From Alphaproteobacteria bacterium (GTDB taxonomy: Bacteria; Pseudomonadota; Alphaproteobacteria; UBA828), in contig OZ244839.1 of the NCBI GenBank assembly GCA_965220825.1, positions 3,013,280 to 3,077,279 of the forward strand: a stretch of 64,000 nt of DNA, read 5' to 3'. Positions 9,911-17,639 of this stretch are shown piece after piece. A program made the translations under genes and the position numbers. The notes below the pieces were generated by a model. It did not search any database, was not told where the DNA came from, and saw only the letters and a program-made list of their open reading frames with translations. How positions within the stretch are numbered: position 1 is the stretch's first letter; each line of letters begins with the position of its first letter.

Positions 9911-9966
9911 GGGGGGGGGTGGTGGAGTGAGTGGTTCGAGGTGGCTACGAAAATAAGGGGTGACCG

Positions 9967-10818
9967 ATGAGCGATATTACTCAGATAATTATTGAGAAGT
10001 GCAAGGAGCTCGAGCGAACCGATCGGGAATGCATCGAGCTATCATACGAATCGAAAACGCCTCACAGCAAAGAGGAGATTAGAAGTTATATTTCGGAACT
10101 GATGGGGGTTTGTGCCAGAGCGTTTGAACTCAAGAACGATATACAGATGCTTCTACGCCAGGAAAGTAATCTGAAAATACACGACGCCAGCCTCTCAAAT
10201 CTTATTCGAAAAATCAGAAACGACGAGGAATTCTATTCGATAACTCAGTATGAAGTAATTGCGTCGTTATTCAACACGAAGGCTGATGAATCTTCTGGAG
10301 TTTGGGAAATGGATTCCGATGATTTCATTTTTCAGCACCCCGATGCTTTCCAGGATTTCCATGGTGAGGTGGACTACGTGAAGTATTTCACGCGTTCGAT
10401 GAAGGTCGGGGGGTTGATTTCTCAACGGAGCGTACCGGACACCGCATTGGCGTATTTTCAGGAAATCCGCGACAGCTTCAGTTTCGGTCTCTACAGATCA
10501 GCAATCGCGCTATGCCGGGCGATGCTGGAAACCGTGTTCTTCGATACGTTGAAGCGACGGAACTACTTGAATGCTGGTGGATCGAAGGTGGTCAAGATCG
10601 ATCTCGCAAAGGAAGATCGCCTTTTTCGAATGATCAAGGATGCATACAGTAAGCGCGTTATCGACTACGACACCAAGGAGGATGCGTTCTTTGTTAAGAA
10701 GCAGGCAAATACAATTGTTCTTCACGCTAAGGATTCGCAACCCGAGATCACGGAGGAGGTCGCATTCGACGTGATTCAGAGAACCATTCGAGTGATTGAA
10801 CGATTGTATTCGACATAG
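9967..10818 (+). CDS. Orphan AT-rich hypothetical protein (283 aa). The C-terminal ~110 aa are DUF4145/HEPN-like helical; a candidate singleton defence/abortive-infection or toxin protein.
   Basis: GC about 40% against about 69% in the flanks. Good SD (AAGGGG) 6 nt upstream of the ATG. Clean 283-aa ORF with no overlap. C-terminal pattern A..LCRAMLE…LFRMIKDAYSKRVID…KKQANTIVLHAK…ITEEVAFDVIQRTIRVIERLY. No homologue recognised for the N-terminal 150 aa. Confidence 0.75.
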   Translation: MSDITQIIIEKCKELERTDRECIELSYESKTPHSKEEIRSYISELMGVCARAFELKNDIQMLLRQESNLKIHDASLSNLIRKIRNDEEFYSITQYEVIASLFNTKADESSGVWEMDSDDFIFQHPDAFQDFHGEVDYVKYFTRSMKVGGLISQRSVPDTALAYFQEIRDSFSFGLYRSAIALCRAMLETVFFDTLKRRNYLNAGGSKVVKIDLAKEDRLFRMIKDAYSKRVIDYDTKEDAFFVKKQANTIVLHAKDSQPEITEEVAFDVIQRTIRVIERLYST

Positions 10819-10885
10819 GTTTTCGCTTGGTCACGGCTGAGGATCTTCGGTTCGAATCAGAGAGTTTTTATATGCTCGTCTAAAC

Positions 10886-12126
10886 TGTACAGATAGGGTA
10901 ATCGCCTGACAGTCGCCGCTCCCGGGGGTTTGGTTCAGGCGGCCTTTTTCATCTTCTCCTCCTTTGGGGTTTTGGGTTTTGGCAAGCATCGGACGAAAGC
11001 GTCCGCGGGCGTCCTTCCGTTCATGCCGCGGCCCTGGTGGGGGCGCTCGGTATTGTAGCGGACAAGGTAGGCGTCCAGGTCTTTCTGCATGGTCTTGATG
11101 CTGTCGTAGAACTTCTTGCGCCCCATGACGCGGAAGTGCTCGTCGAGCAGGGCGCGGTGCAGGCGCTCGACGAAGCCGTTGGACTGGGGCCTGCGGACCT
11201 TGGTGGTGCGGTGCTCGATCTCCTCAAGCTGGAGGAACAGCTCGTAGGGGTGGCGATCGGGCCGGCCGCAGAACTCCCGACCGTTGTCGCTCAGCACGGT
11301 CTCGATCCGGGCGCCGTGGGCCTCGAAGGTGGGCAGCACGTCGTTGTTCATCAGGTGGACTGCGGTGACCGGCATCTTGTTGGGGTAGAGCCTGCCCCAG
11401 GCGTAGCGCGAGTGGCAGTCGACGGCGGTCTGCAGGTAGACCTTCCCGACCCCCTTGAGATGGCCGACGAAGAAGGTGTCCACGGCCACCAGGTCGCCGG
11501 TGTACCGGGTCTTGATGTGGCGCTCGCGGAACTCCGGTGAGAAGCGCTCCAACAGACGAACCTGTTCGCCGGAGAGCTCGATCCGGCGCTCGGCCGTGCT
11601 CTTCTCCAGCCGGAGCAGACGTTCCTGCTTGGTCAGCAGCTTATGGCGCGACCACACCCCGCGCACCCCGCCGGAAGACACGTGGATGCCCTTGAGCGAC
11701 AGCTCCTGGGCAACCCGCAATGCGCCGTGGGTGGGGTGGTCCAGCGCGTGCGCCAGGATCGCCTTCTCGACCTCCTGCGACACCCGGTTGGGATGCGGCC
11801 CGCGGGCGCCGGGAAGCCGGTCGATCAGACCCTCCGCTCCGTAGGTCTGGTAGTTCCTGCGGATCTCGTAGAACTGCTGGCGCGAGTAGCCCATGATCCG
11901 GCACGCCTTCGATACATTGTTCATCTCGCCCGCCAGCTCCAGCAGGCTCAGCTTGCGCCGTGCTATCTTGTCTTTGGTGGTCATGTCGTTCTCCCGGTCG
12001 GTCGGATGTTGTGCAAAACAATCCTTAACCCTATCGGGAGCGGCTTGGCCACCGCCGGCGCGCTCGACTCGTGACGGTCGCGCGCCCGCGGCGGCCAAAC
12101 TGTCAGGTGATTACCGTCTCACCACA
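10886..12126 (-). mobile_element. Complete IS481-family insertion sequence (1241 bp) with imperfect 28-bp terminal inverted repeats, flanked by a 7-bp target-site duplication TCTAAAC.
   Basis: Left end TGTACAGATAGGGTAATCGCCTGACAGT; reverse complement of the right end TGTGGTGAGACGGTAATCACCTGACAGT (22/28 identical, both beginning TGT). Direct repeats TCTAAAC at 10879-10885 and 12127-12133. Single transposase ORF inside. Confidence 0.8.
10935..11984 (-). CDS. IS481-family transposase (DDE integrase core).
   Basis: 349 aa from MTTKDKIARRKLSLLELAG… (N-terminal HTH), with an rve-type catalytic core (…HLKGVGKVYLQTAVDCHSRYAW…LSDNGREF…ERLHRAL…). The ORF-track start at 12098 is an in-frame upstream extension. 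Confidence 0.85.
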   Translation of the reverse strand: MTTKDKIARRKLSLLELAGEMNNVSKACRIMGYSRQQFYEIRRNYQTYGAEGLIDRLPGARGPHPNRVSQEVEKAILAHALDHPTHGALRVAQELSLKGIHVSSGGVRGVWSRHKLLTKQERLLRLEKSTAERRIELSGEQVRLLERFSPEFRERHIKTRYTGDLVAVDTFFVGHLKGVGKVYLQTAVDCHSRYAWGRLYPNKMPVTAVHLMNNDVLPTFEAHGARIETVLSDNGREFCGRPDRHPYELFLQLEEIEHRTTKVRRPQSNGFVERLHRALLDEHFRVMGRKKFYDSIKTMQKDLDAYLVRYNTERPHQGRGMNGRTPADAFVRCLPKPKTPKEEKMKKAA

Positions 12127-12288
12127 TCTAAACAGCACGACGAACAGTGCGCACCAGCGATGTAGCCCTTCTACGAGAAGATCGTCGCCGAGCGGCAGGT
12201 GGAGCAGGATCGCCGCTTGCGCGACATCAAGCGCCACGAGGCGCCGACCGGTTCTATCTGGAAGAAGACGTGCGCTTTATCGACGCAC

Positions 12289-12327
12289 AGAAAAAGGCCG
12301 CCGGAGAGGTTCTCCAACGGCCTTTCT
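12289..12327 (-). terminator. Rho-independent terminator of tRNA-Asn.
   Basis: On the minus strand, 7 nt downstream of the tRNA 3' end: GGCCGTTGGAGAACCTCTCCGGCGGCC hairpin followed by TTTTTCT. Confidence 0.5.
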
Positions 12328-12333
12328 GTGAAC

Positions 12334-12409
12334 TGGCTCCCCGGGCCGGACTCGAACCAGCGACCCAGCGGTTAACAGCCGCTTGCTCTACCAACTGAGC
12401 TACCGGGGA
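12334..12409 (-). tRNA. tRNA-Asn (anticodon GTT), CCA encoded.
   Basis: Reverse complement folds as a cloverleaf: acceptor TCCCCGG/CCGGGGA, D-arm GCTCAGTTGGTAGAGC, anticodon loop CTGTTAA, T-arm GGTTCGAGTCC, 3' GCCA. Confidence 0.9.
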
Positions 12410-12607
12410 TCGGTACCGCGGAACCCACTCGGGCCAAAGCTCGGAGGCCCCGCATGCGCAGCCTGGCAAGCATACATAGCACCGCGCGACGGGATATTCC
12501 AGCAATCGTCCCCGTCCGGCGCCCCTGCGACGAAGCGGAGAGGCGCGGGGCGGACCCGCACGCATATCGGAAAGAGAGCCGCAGGAAGGCGCCGCTTTCG
12601 CACCCCC

Positions 12608-13852
12608 CTATGACCCCGGCCCCTCCCCACCCCGCGACGCCGGCTCCTCGTCCGCCTGCGCCTCCCCTTGGCGAAACGGCCCGTGCTGCTCCAGAGCGCG
12701 TATCTGCCGGTCCACCTCGCGGGTCTCCTCGTCCAGATAGCGTGAGACCGCGTCGCGGAGGACCGCATTGGCGACCCAGTGGGTGGAATAGGTGGGCACG
12801 GGCATGTAGCCGCGGGCGAGCTTGTGCGGCCCCTGGGCGCCCGCCTCCACCCGCCGCAGGCCGCGCGCGATGGCGTGGTCGATGGCGCGGTAGTAGCAGA
12901 CCTCGAAATGCAGGAAGGGATGCTCCTCGCTGCACCCCCAATTGCGTCCATAGAGGGCGTCTCGGCCCGCGAGGTTGAGCGCCCCGGCGATGGGTCTGCC
13001 GTCCCGCTCCGCCATCATCAGCACCACCGCGTCGCCCAGCCTCTCGCCCAGCAGGCTGAAGAAGGGGCGGGTGAGGTAGGGCACCCCCCACTTGCGGCTT
13101 CCCGTCTCCCGGTAGAAGGCGAAGAACGCGTCCCAATCCCGCTCCGCGATGTCGGCGCCCACCAGGGTTCGCACGTTAAGGCCCGCCTCCCGCACGGCGC
13201 GGCGCTCCCGGCGGATCTGCTTCCGCTTGCGCGAGGCGAGGCTCGCGAGAAAGTCCTCGAAGCTCTCATAGCCCTCGTTGAACCAGTGGAACTGCACGCC
13301 CGTGCGCTGGAGGAAGCCGCTCTCGCCCATCAGCGCGAACTCGTCCTCCGTGGGGAAGGTCACATGCAGGGAGGAGACGTCCATCCGCTCGCAGAGCTTG
13401 ATGCAGGTCGCGAGCAGCGCCGCCTTGATGGCGTCCGCCTCCGGGCCCGGGTCGTACCGCGCCAGCAGGCGCGGCCCCGTCACCGGCGTGAAGGGGACGG
13501 AGGCTTGGAGCTTCGGGTAGTAGCGCCCGCCCGCGCGCTCGAACGCGTCGGCCCAGCCATGGTCGAAGACATATTCGCCATAGGAGTGGCTCTTGAGGAA
13601 GATGGGCATCGCGCCGAGCACGTCGCCCGCCGCGGTCTTCAGCACCATGTGCTGCGGCTGCCAGCCGGTCTCCGCCGTGCTCGAGCCGCTCTCTTCGAGT
13701 GCGGAGAAGAAGGCGTGGCGCAGGAAGGGGTTTTCCGTGCCGGCGCAGCGGTCCCACGCGGCGGCGTCCACCTGGCCGATGGAGGAGAGCACATGCGCCT
13801 CGACGGCGATGCCCGCCTCCTCTCCGCGGCCCTCCGCGGCGCTTTCGCTCAT
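12608..13852 (-). CDS. DUF482 / FemAB-like GNAT-fold acyltransferase family protein.
   Basis: 414 aa from MSESAAEG…; conserved DUF482 blocks (…FLRHAFFSALEESGS…PIFLKSHSYGEYVFDHGWADAFERAGGRYYPKL…); 4-bp start/stop overlap with the upstream TPP-enzyme gene. Confidence 0.75.
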   Translation of the reverse strand: MSESAAEGRGEEAGIAVEAHVLSSIGQVDAAAWDRCAGTENPFLRHAFFSALEESGSSTAETGWQPQHMVLKTAAGDVLGAMPIFLKSHSYGEYVFDHGWADAFERAGGRYYPKLQASVPFTPVTGPRLLARYDPGPEADAIKAALLATCIKLCERMDVSSLHVTFPTEDEFALMGESGFLQRTGVQFHWFNEGYESFEDFLASLASRKRKQIRRERRAVREAGLNVRTLVGADIAERDWDAFFAFYRETGSRKWGVPYLTRPFFSLLGERLGDAVVLMMAERDGRPIAGALNLAGRDALYGRNWGCSEEHPFLHFEVCYYRAIDHAIARGLRRVEAGAQGPHKLARGYMPVPTYSTHWVANAVLRDAVSRYLDEETREVDRQIRALEQHGPFRQGEAQADEEPASRGGEGPGS

Positions 13853-15519
13853 GCCGTGCGCATCTTGAGCCCCGACGCCGCGAGGTCGCGCATGTCCGTC
13901 CGGATATGGATCAGGCCGGCGCCCTCCGCCGCGAGCGCTTCCTCCAGCGCCGGTACGAAGGCGGCGGTGGTCTCCACCGTCCAGGCCCGGGCGCCCCAGG
14001 CGCGGGCGGCGGCGGCGAAGTCGGGGCTCGCGAGCGTCACGCCATAGGCCGCGTCCGCCCCGCCGCGGCGATACTGATGCATGGCGATGGTCCCGTAGCC
14101 ACTGTTGTCGCACACGAGAACCAGGATGGGCAGTTGCCAGGTGGCGGCGGTGATCAGCTCCTGGCCGGTCATGCTGAAGCCGCCGTCGCCGACCACCGCC
14201 ACGACACGCTTCCCGGGGTGGGCGAGCTGTGCGCCGACCGCGCCGGGAACGCCATAGCCCATGGCGCCCGCCGCCGGCGCCGCCTGGGTCTGCCAGTGTT
14301 CGTAGGGGTAGTGGCGGTGGAGCCAGGTGGCGAAGTTGCCCGCATCGTTGACCAGTATGGCGTCCCGCGGCAGCCGCTCGGCCAGCGTGCCGATGACCGC
14401 GGCGAGGTCGACGGCGCCGAGCGGCGGCGCGGCGGCCTCGCGCCGATAGGCCTCGAAGGTCGCGCGCTGTGCCGCGAGCCAGCGGCGGCGGTCCTCCAGG
14501 CGGGCGTCCGACGCCGGCGGCGGGAGCCGGTCGAGCACCGGCACCGTGTCGGCGCGCACGGCCAGCGCCGCACCGGCCGCTGCGAGCGCCTCGGCTTGCG
14601 GATAGACATGGATCCCGACCCGGCCCCCTTGCAGGAGCGTGTCATCCATGGTGGTGGCGAGGTCCAGCCGGGTGCCGAGGGCCAGCACGAGGTCCGATTC
14701 TTCCAGAAGCGCCGTCTGGTAGGGCACGGGCGCAAGCCCCAGCGGCCCGAGATAGTTGGGGTGGGAGCAGGGCAGCACGCCCTGCCGGCGGAACGCGCTG
14801 AGCACGCCGCAGCCATGGGCTTCGACGAACCCGGCGAGCGCGTCGTTCGCCCCCTCGAAACTCACCTGCTCGCCGGCGACCACCAGGGGAAGGCGCGCCG
14901 CGGCGAGGCGTTTCGCGATCGCGTCGACCTCACCGTCGGTCGGCTCCAGCGCCTCGCGCGCCCGCGGCGGCGGCAGGGGCGCGGCGGGCGCGTCGCCCTC
15001 CGTCACGTCCTCGGGCAGGGAGACGACGACGGGGCCCGGGCGGCCGGCAAGCGCGATGTCGTACGCGTCCGCGGTCGCCGCCGCCACCTCCGCCGGCGTG
15101 CGCGGCTCGAACACCGCCTTGGCGAGCGGGCCGAACATGCGGTCGTAATCCACCTCCTGGAAGGCCTCGCGGCCCCGCTGCGCGGTGGGCACCTGGCCCA
15201 CGAACAGCAGCAGGGGAACCGAATCCTGGTGTGCGGTGTGGACGCCGATGGAGGCGTTGGCGGCGCCCGGCCCACGGGTCACGAAGGCGATACCCGGGCG
15301 GCGGGTGAGCCGCCCATAGGCGCAGGCCGCGAACGACGCCCCCGATTCATGGCGGGTGACGACAAAGCGGAACGAAGGCCCGGCGTGGCGCATGGCGTCG
15401 AGGACGGCAAGGTAGCTCTCGCCCGGAATGCCGAAGGCGGTATCGACGCCGCGCTCGCGCAGCACCGCCAGAAGCGCCTCGCCGCCGGTCGCGCTGTTCC
15501 GCGTCATGGGGCGGTTCAC
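13849..15519 (-). CDS. Thiamine-pyrophosphate-dependent enzyme (acetolactate-synthase large-subunit-like).
   Basis: 556 aa; N-terminal TPP-Pyr domain (…GIPGESYLAVLDAM…); C-terminal TPP-binding motif (GDGGFSM…N). Translationally coupled to RidA upstream and DUF482 downstream. Confidence 0.85.
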   Translation of the reverse strand: MNRPMTRNSATGGEALLAVLRERGVDTAFGIPGESYLAVLDAMRHAGPSFRFVVTRHESGASFAACAYGRLTRRPGIAFVTRGPGAANASIGVHTAHQDSVPLLLFVGQVPTAQRGREAFQEVDYDRMFGPLAKAVFEPRTPAEVAAATADAYDIALAGRPGPVVVSLPEDVTEGDAPAAPLPPPRAREALEPTDGEVDAIAKRLAAARLPLVVAGEQVSFEGANDALAGFVEAHGCGVLSAFRRQGVLPCSHPNYLGPLGLAPVPYQTALLEESDLVLALGTRLDLATTMDDTLLQGGRVGIHVYPQAEALAAAGAALAVRADTVPVLDRLPPPASDARLEDRRRWLAAQRATFEAYRREAAAPPLGAVDLAAVIGTLAERLPRDAILVNDAGNFATWLHRHYPYEHWQTQAAPAAGAMGYGVPGAVGAQLAHPGKRVVAVVGDGGFSMTGQELITAATWQLPILVLVCDNSGYGTIAMHQYRRGGADAAYGVTLASPDFAAAARAWGARAWTVETTAAFVPALEEALAAEGAGLIHIRTDMRDLAASGLKMRTA

Positions 15520-15983
15520 CCGATTTCCCAGATGGATTCGAGTTCCACAGGGGCGCCCAGCGGCAGCGCCGTGGCCCCGATGGCCACCCGCGAGTGTCGG
15601 CCCGCCTCGCCGAATATCTCGGCGATCAGGTCCGATGCGCCGTTGACCACGGCGGGCTGGTCGGTGAAGTCCGGGCCGCAGGCGACATAGCCGGTCAACC
15701 GCAGGCAGCGCACGACCCGGTCCAGATCGCCTTCGCAGGCCGCCTTGAGCTGGGCGAGCACATTGAGGGCGCAGAGGCGGGCGACCGCCTGCCCGCCCGC
15801 CAGGTCATATTCCTGGCCGAGCCGCCCACGGTGGCGGAGCTCCCCCGCCTCAAGGGGGATCTGCCCGGATATGAACACCTGATTGCCGCCGACCGTGTAG
15901 GGGACATAGGACCCCACGGGCGCCGGTGCCGCGGGAAGCGCAATGCCGAGCGCCGCAAGCCGGTTGTCTATTCGCCCCGCCAT
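15516..15983 (-). CDS. RidA/YjgF-family reactive-intermediate deaminase.
   Basis: 155 aa from MAGRIDNRLAALGI…; Rid-family core (…YVPYTVGGNQVFISGQIP…). The track ORF from 16148 is an upstream extension. Confidence 0.8.
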   Translation of the reverse strand: MAGRIDNRLAALGIALPAAPAPVGSYVPYTVGGNQVFISGQIPLEAGELRHRGRLGQEYDLAGGQAVARLCALNVLAQLKAACEGDLDRVVRCLRLTGYVACGPDFTDQPAVVNGASDLIAEIFGEAGRHSRVAIGATALPLGAPVELESIWEIG

Positions 15984-16125
15984 CGCTCGTTCCTCCGCGT
16001 TTGCCGGTCGCTCCGAAGATACAGGCGCAGGGCGAGGGGAGCCAGGACGGCGCGCCGCCCCGCCGGGGAAGAGACGGGCCGGGAGTCCTGCTATAACCGC
16101 GGCGTTAACTGAAAGGCGGCTCCCG

Positions 16126-17421
16126 ATGGCCGATACGACCTCCTTCAAGCCGGATACGTTGAGCCTGCATGCCGGGCAGAGGCCGGATCCGGCGACCGGC
16201 GCGCGCGCGGTGCCGATCTACCAGACCACGTCCTATGTGTTCGACGATACGGACCACGCGGCGTCGCTCTTCAACCTGGAGCGCGCGGGCCATATCTATT
16301 CGCGCATCTCCAACCCGACGGTCGCCGTCCTGGAGGAGCGTCTGGCCGCCCTCGAAGGCGGCGTCGGCGCGGTCTGCACGGCGAGCGGGCAGGCGGCGCT
16401 TCATCTCGGGGTCGCGACACTGACGGGCGCAGGCGGGCATATCGTCTCGTCCGCTTCGCTCTATGGCGGCAGTCACAATCTGTTCGTCCACACCCTGCCG
16501 CGCTTCGGTATCGAGACCACCCTGGTGGACCCGCGGGATACGGAGGGCTTCCGCCGTGCCATCCGGCCCGAGACCCGCCTCGTCTTCGGCGAGACCCTCG
16601 GCAATCCGGGCCTCGAGATCATGGACCTGCCGGCGGTCGCGGCGCTCGCCCATGAGGCCGGCATACCGCTGATGATCGACAACACCTTCGCCACGCCCTT
16701 CCTGTTCCGCCCCATCGCCCACGGCGCCGACATCGTGATGCATTCGGTCACCAAGTTTCTCGGCGGCCACGGCACCGCCATCGGCGGCGCCCTGGTGGAT
16801 GCCGGCACCTTCGACTGGGAGGGCTCGGACAGGTTCCCGACACTCACCGAGCCCTATGCCGGCTATCACGGCATCGATTTCGCGGAGGAGTTCGGGCCCG
16901 GGGCCTTCATCGCCCGGGCGCGGGCGGAGGGGCTGCGCGATTTCGGCGCCTGCCTGAGCCCCTTCAATGCGTTCCAGATCCTCCAGGGCGTGGAGAGCCT
17001 GCCGGTTCGCATGGCGCGCCATGTGGAGAACGCCCGCAGGATCGCCGCCTATCTGGAAGGCCACGACGCCGTCTCCTGGGTGAGCCATCCCGACCTCCCC
17101 TCCCATCCGGACCATGCGCGGGCGCAGGTCCTGCTCCCAAAGGGTGCGGGTGCCGTCTTCTGCTTCGGCGTAAAGGGCGGGCGCGCGGCGGGGCGCGCCT
17201 TCATCGAGGCGGTGGAGCTGCTCTCCCATCTCGCCAATGTGGGCGACGCCAAGAGCCTGGTAATCCACCCCGCCAGCACCACCCATCAGCAGATGGACGC
17301 GGCCTCTCTCGCAGCGGCCGGCGTCGGCGAAGACATGGTCCGGCTCTCAATCGGCCTCGAGGACCCGGAGGACCTCATCGCCGACCTCGAACGTGGCCTG
17401 AAGGCGGCGTCACGCGCCTGA
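16126..17421 (+). CDS. metY: O-acetylhomoserine aminocarboxypropyltransferase (sulfhydrylase).
   Basis: 431 aa; Cys/Met-metabolism PLP enzyme with the PLP-lysine region SVTKFLGGHGTAIGG; collinear with MetY/MetZ; consistent with metX in this window. Confidence 0.9.
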   Translation: MADTTSFKPDTLSLHAGQRPDPATGARAVPIYQTTSYVFDDTDHAASLFNLERAGHIYSRISNPTVAVLEERLAALEGGVGAVCTASGQAALHLGVATLTGAGGHIVSSASLYGGSHNLFVHTLPRFGIETTLVDPRDTEGFRRAIRPETRLVFGETLGNPGLEIMDLPAVAALAHEAGIPLMIDNTFATPFLFRPIAHGADIVMHSVTKFLGGHGTAIGGALVDAGTFDWEGSDRFPTLTEPYAGYHGIDFAEEFGPGAFIARARAEGLRDFGACLSPFNAFQILQGVESLPVRMARHVENARRIAAYLEGHDAVSWVSHPDLPSHPDHARAQVLLPKGAGAVFCFGVKGGRAAGRAFIEAVELLSHLANVGDAKSLVIHPASTTHQQMDAASLAAAGVGEDMVRLSIGLEDPEDLIADLERGLKAASRA

Positions 17422-17454
17422 TGCGCGCCGAAGTGGCGTTTGAAGTGGGTTTTT

Positions 17455-17533
17455 TAGGTGCGCGGGTCTCCAGGCCCGCATGTTTTTGTTTTTCGAAGGG
17501 AAGGAAAAATGCGGGTCTGGAGACCCGCGCACC
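17455..17533. repeat. Palindromic REP/MITE-like element (copy 3): 26-bp arms, 28-nt loop, flanked by a T6 run and an A6 run.
   Basis: AGGTGCGCGGGTCTCCAGGCCCGCATG-(loop GTTTTTGTTTTTCGAAGGGAAGGAAAAA)-ATGCGGGTCTGGAGACCCGCGCACCT; one mismatch between the arms. Located in the metY / amidohydrolase spacer. Confidence 0.65.
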
Positions 17534-17639
17534 TAAAAAAGGGCGACGCGTCGGGGCGGCGTGCGATTGAACGGGGCGGGCGGGCGGCCTACACTGCGCC
17601 TTGCCACGGACATGAAATGAGCGGGGGGAGGCCCCAACG

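Noticed and set aside
9930-9950. Possible att-site repeat of the tRNA-Asn 3' end at the left islet boundary.
   Set aside because: Only an 8-nt match (GGTTCGAG) in inverted orientation. That is insufficient for an integrase attachment site.
12372-13136. ORFs 12372..13136(-), 12400..12951(-) and 12454..12978(+) between tRNA-Asn and the DUF482 gene.
   Set aside because: They overlap the 3' half of the DUF482 gene in other frames and run through the tRNA. Translations are Arg/Pro/Gly-rich.
13699-15690. 663-aa plus-strand ORF opposite the TPP-enzyme gene.
   Set aside because: Antisense to a gene with clear TPP-binding motifs; low-complexity translation.
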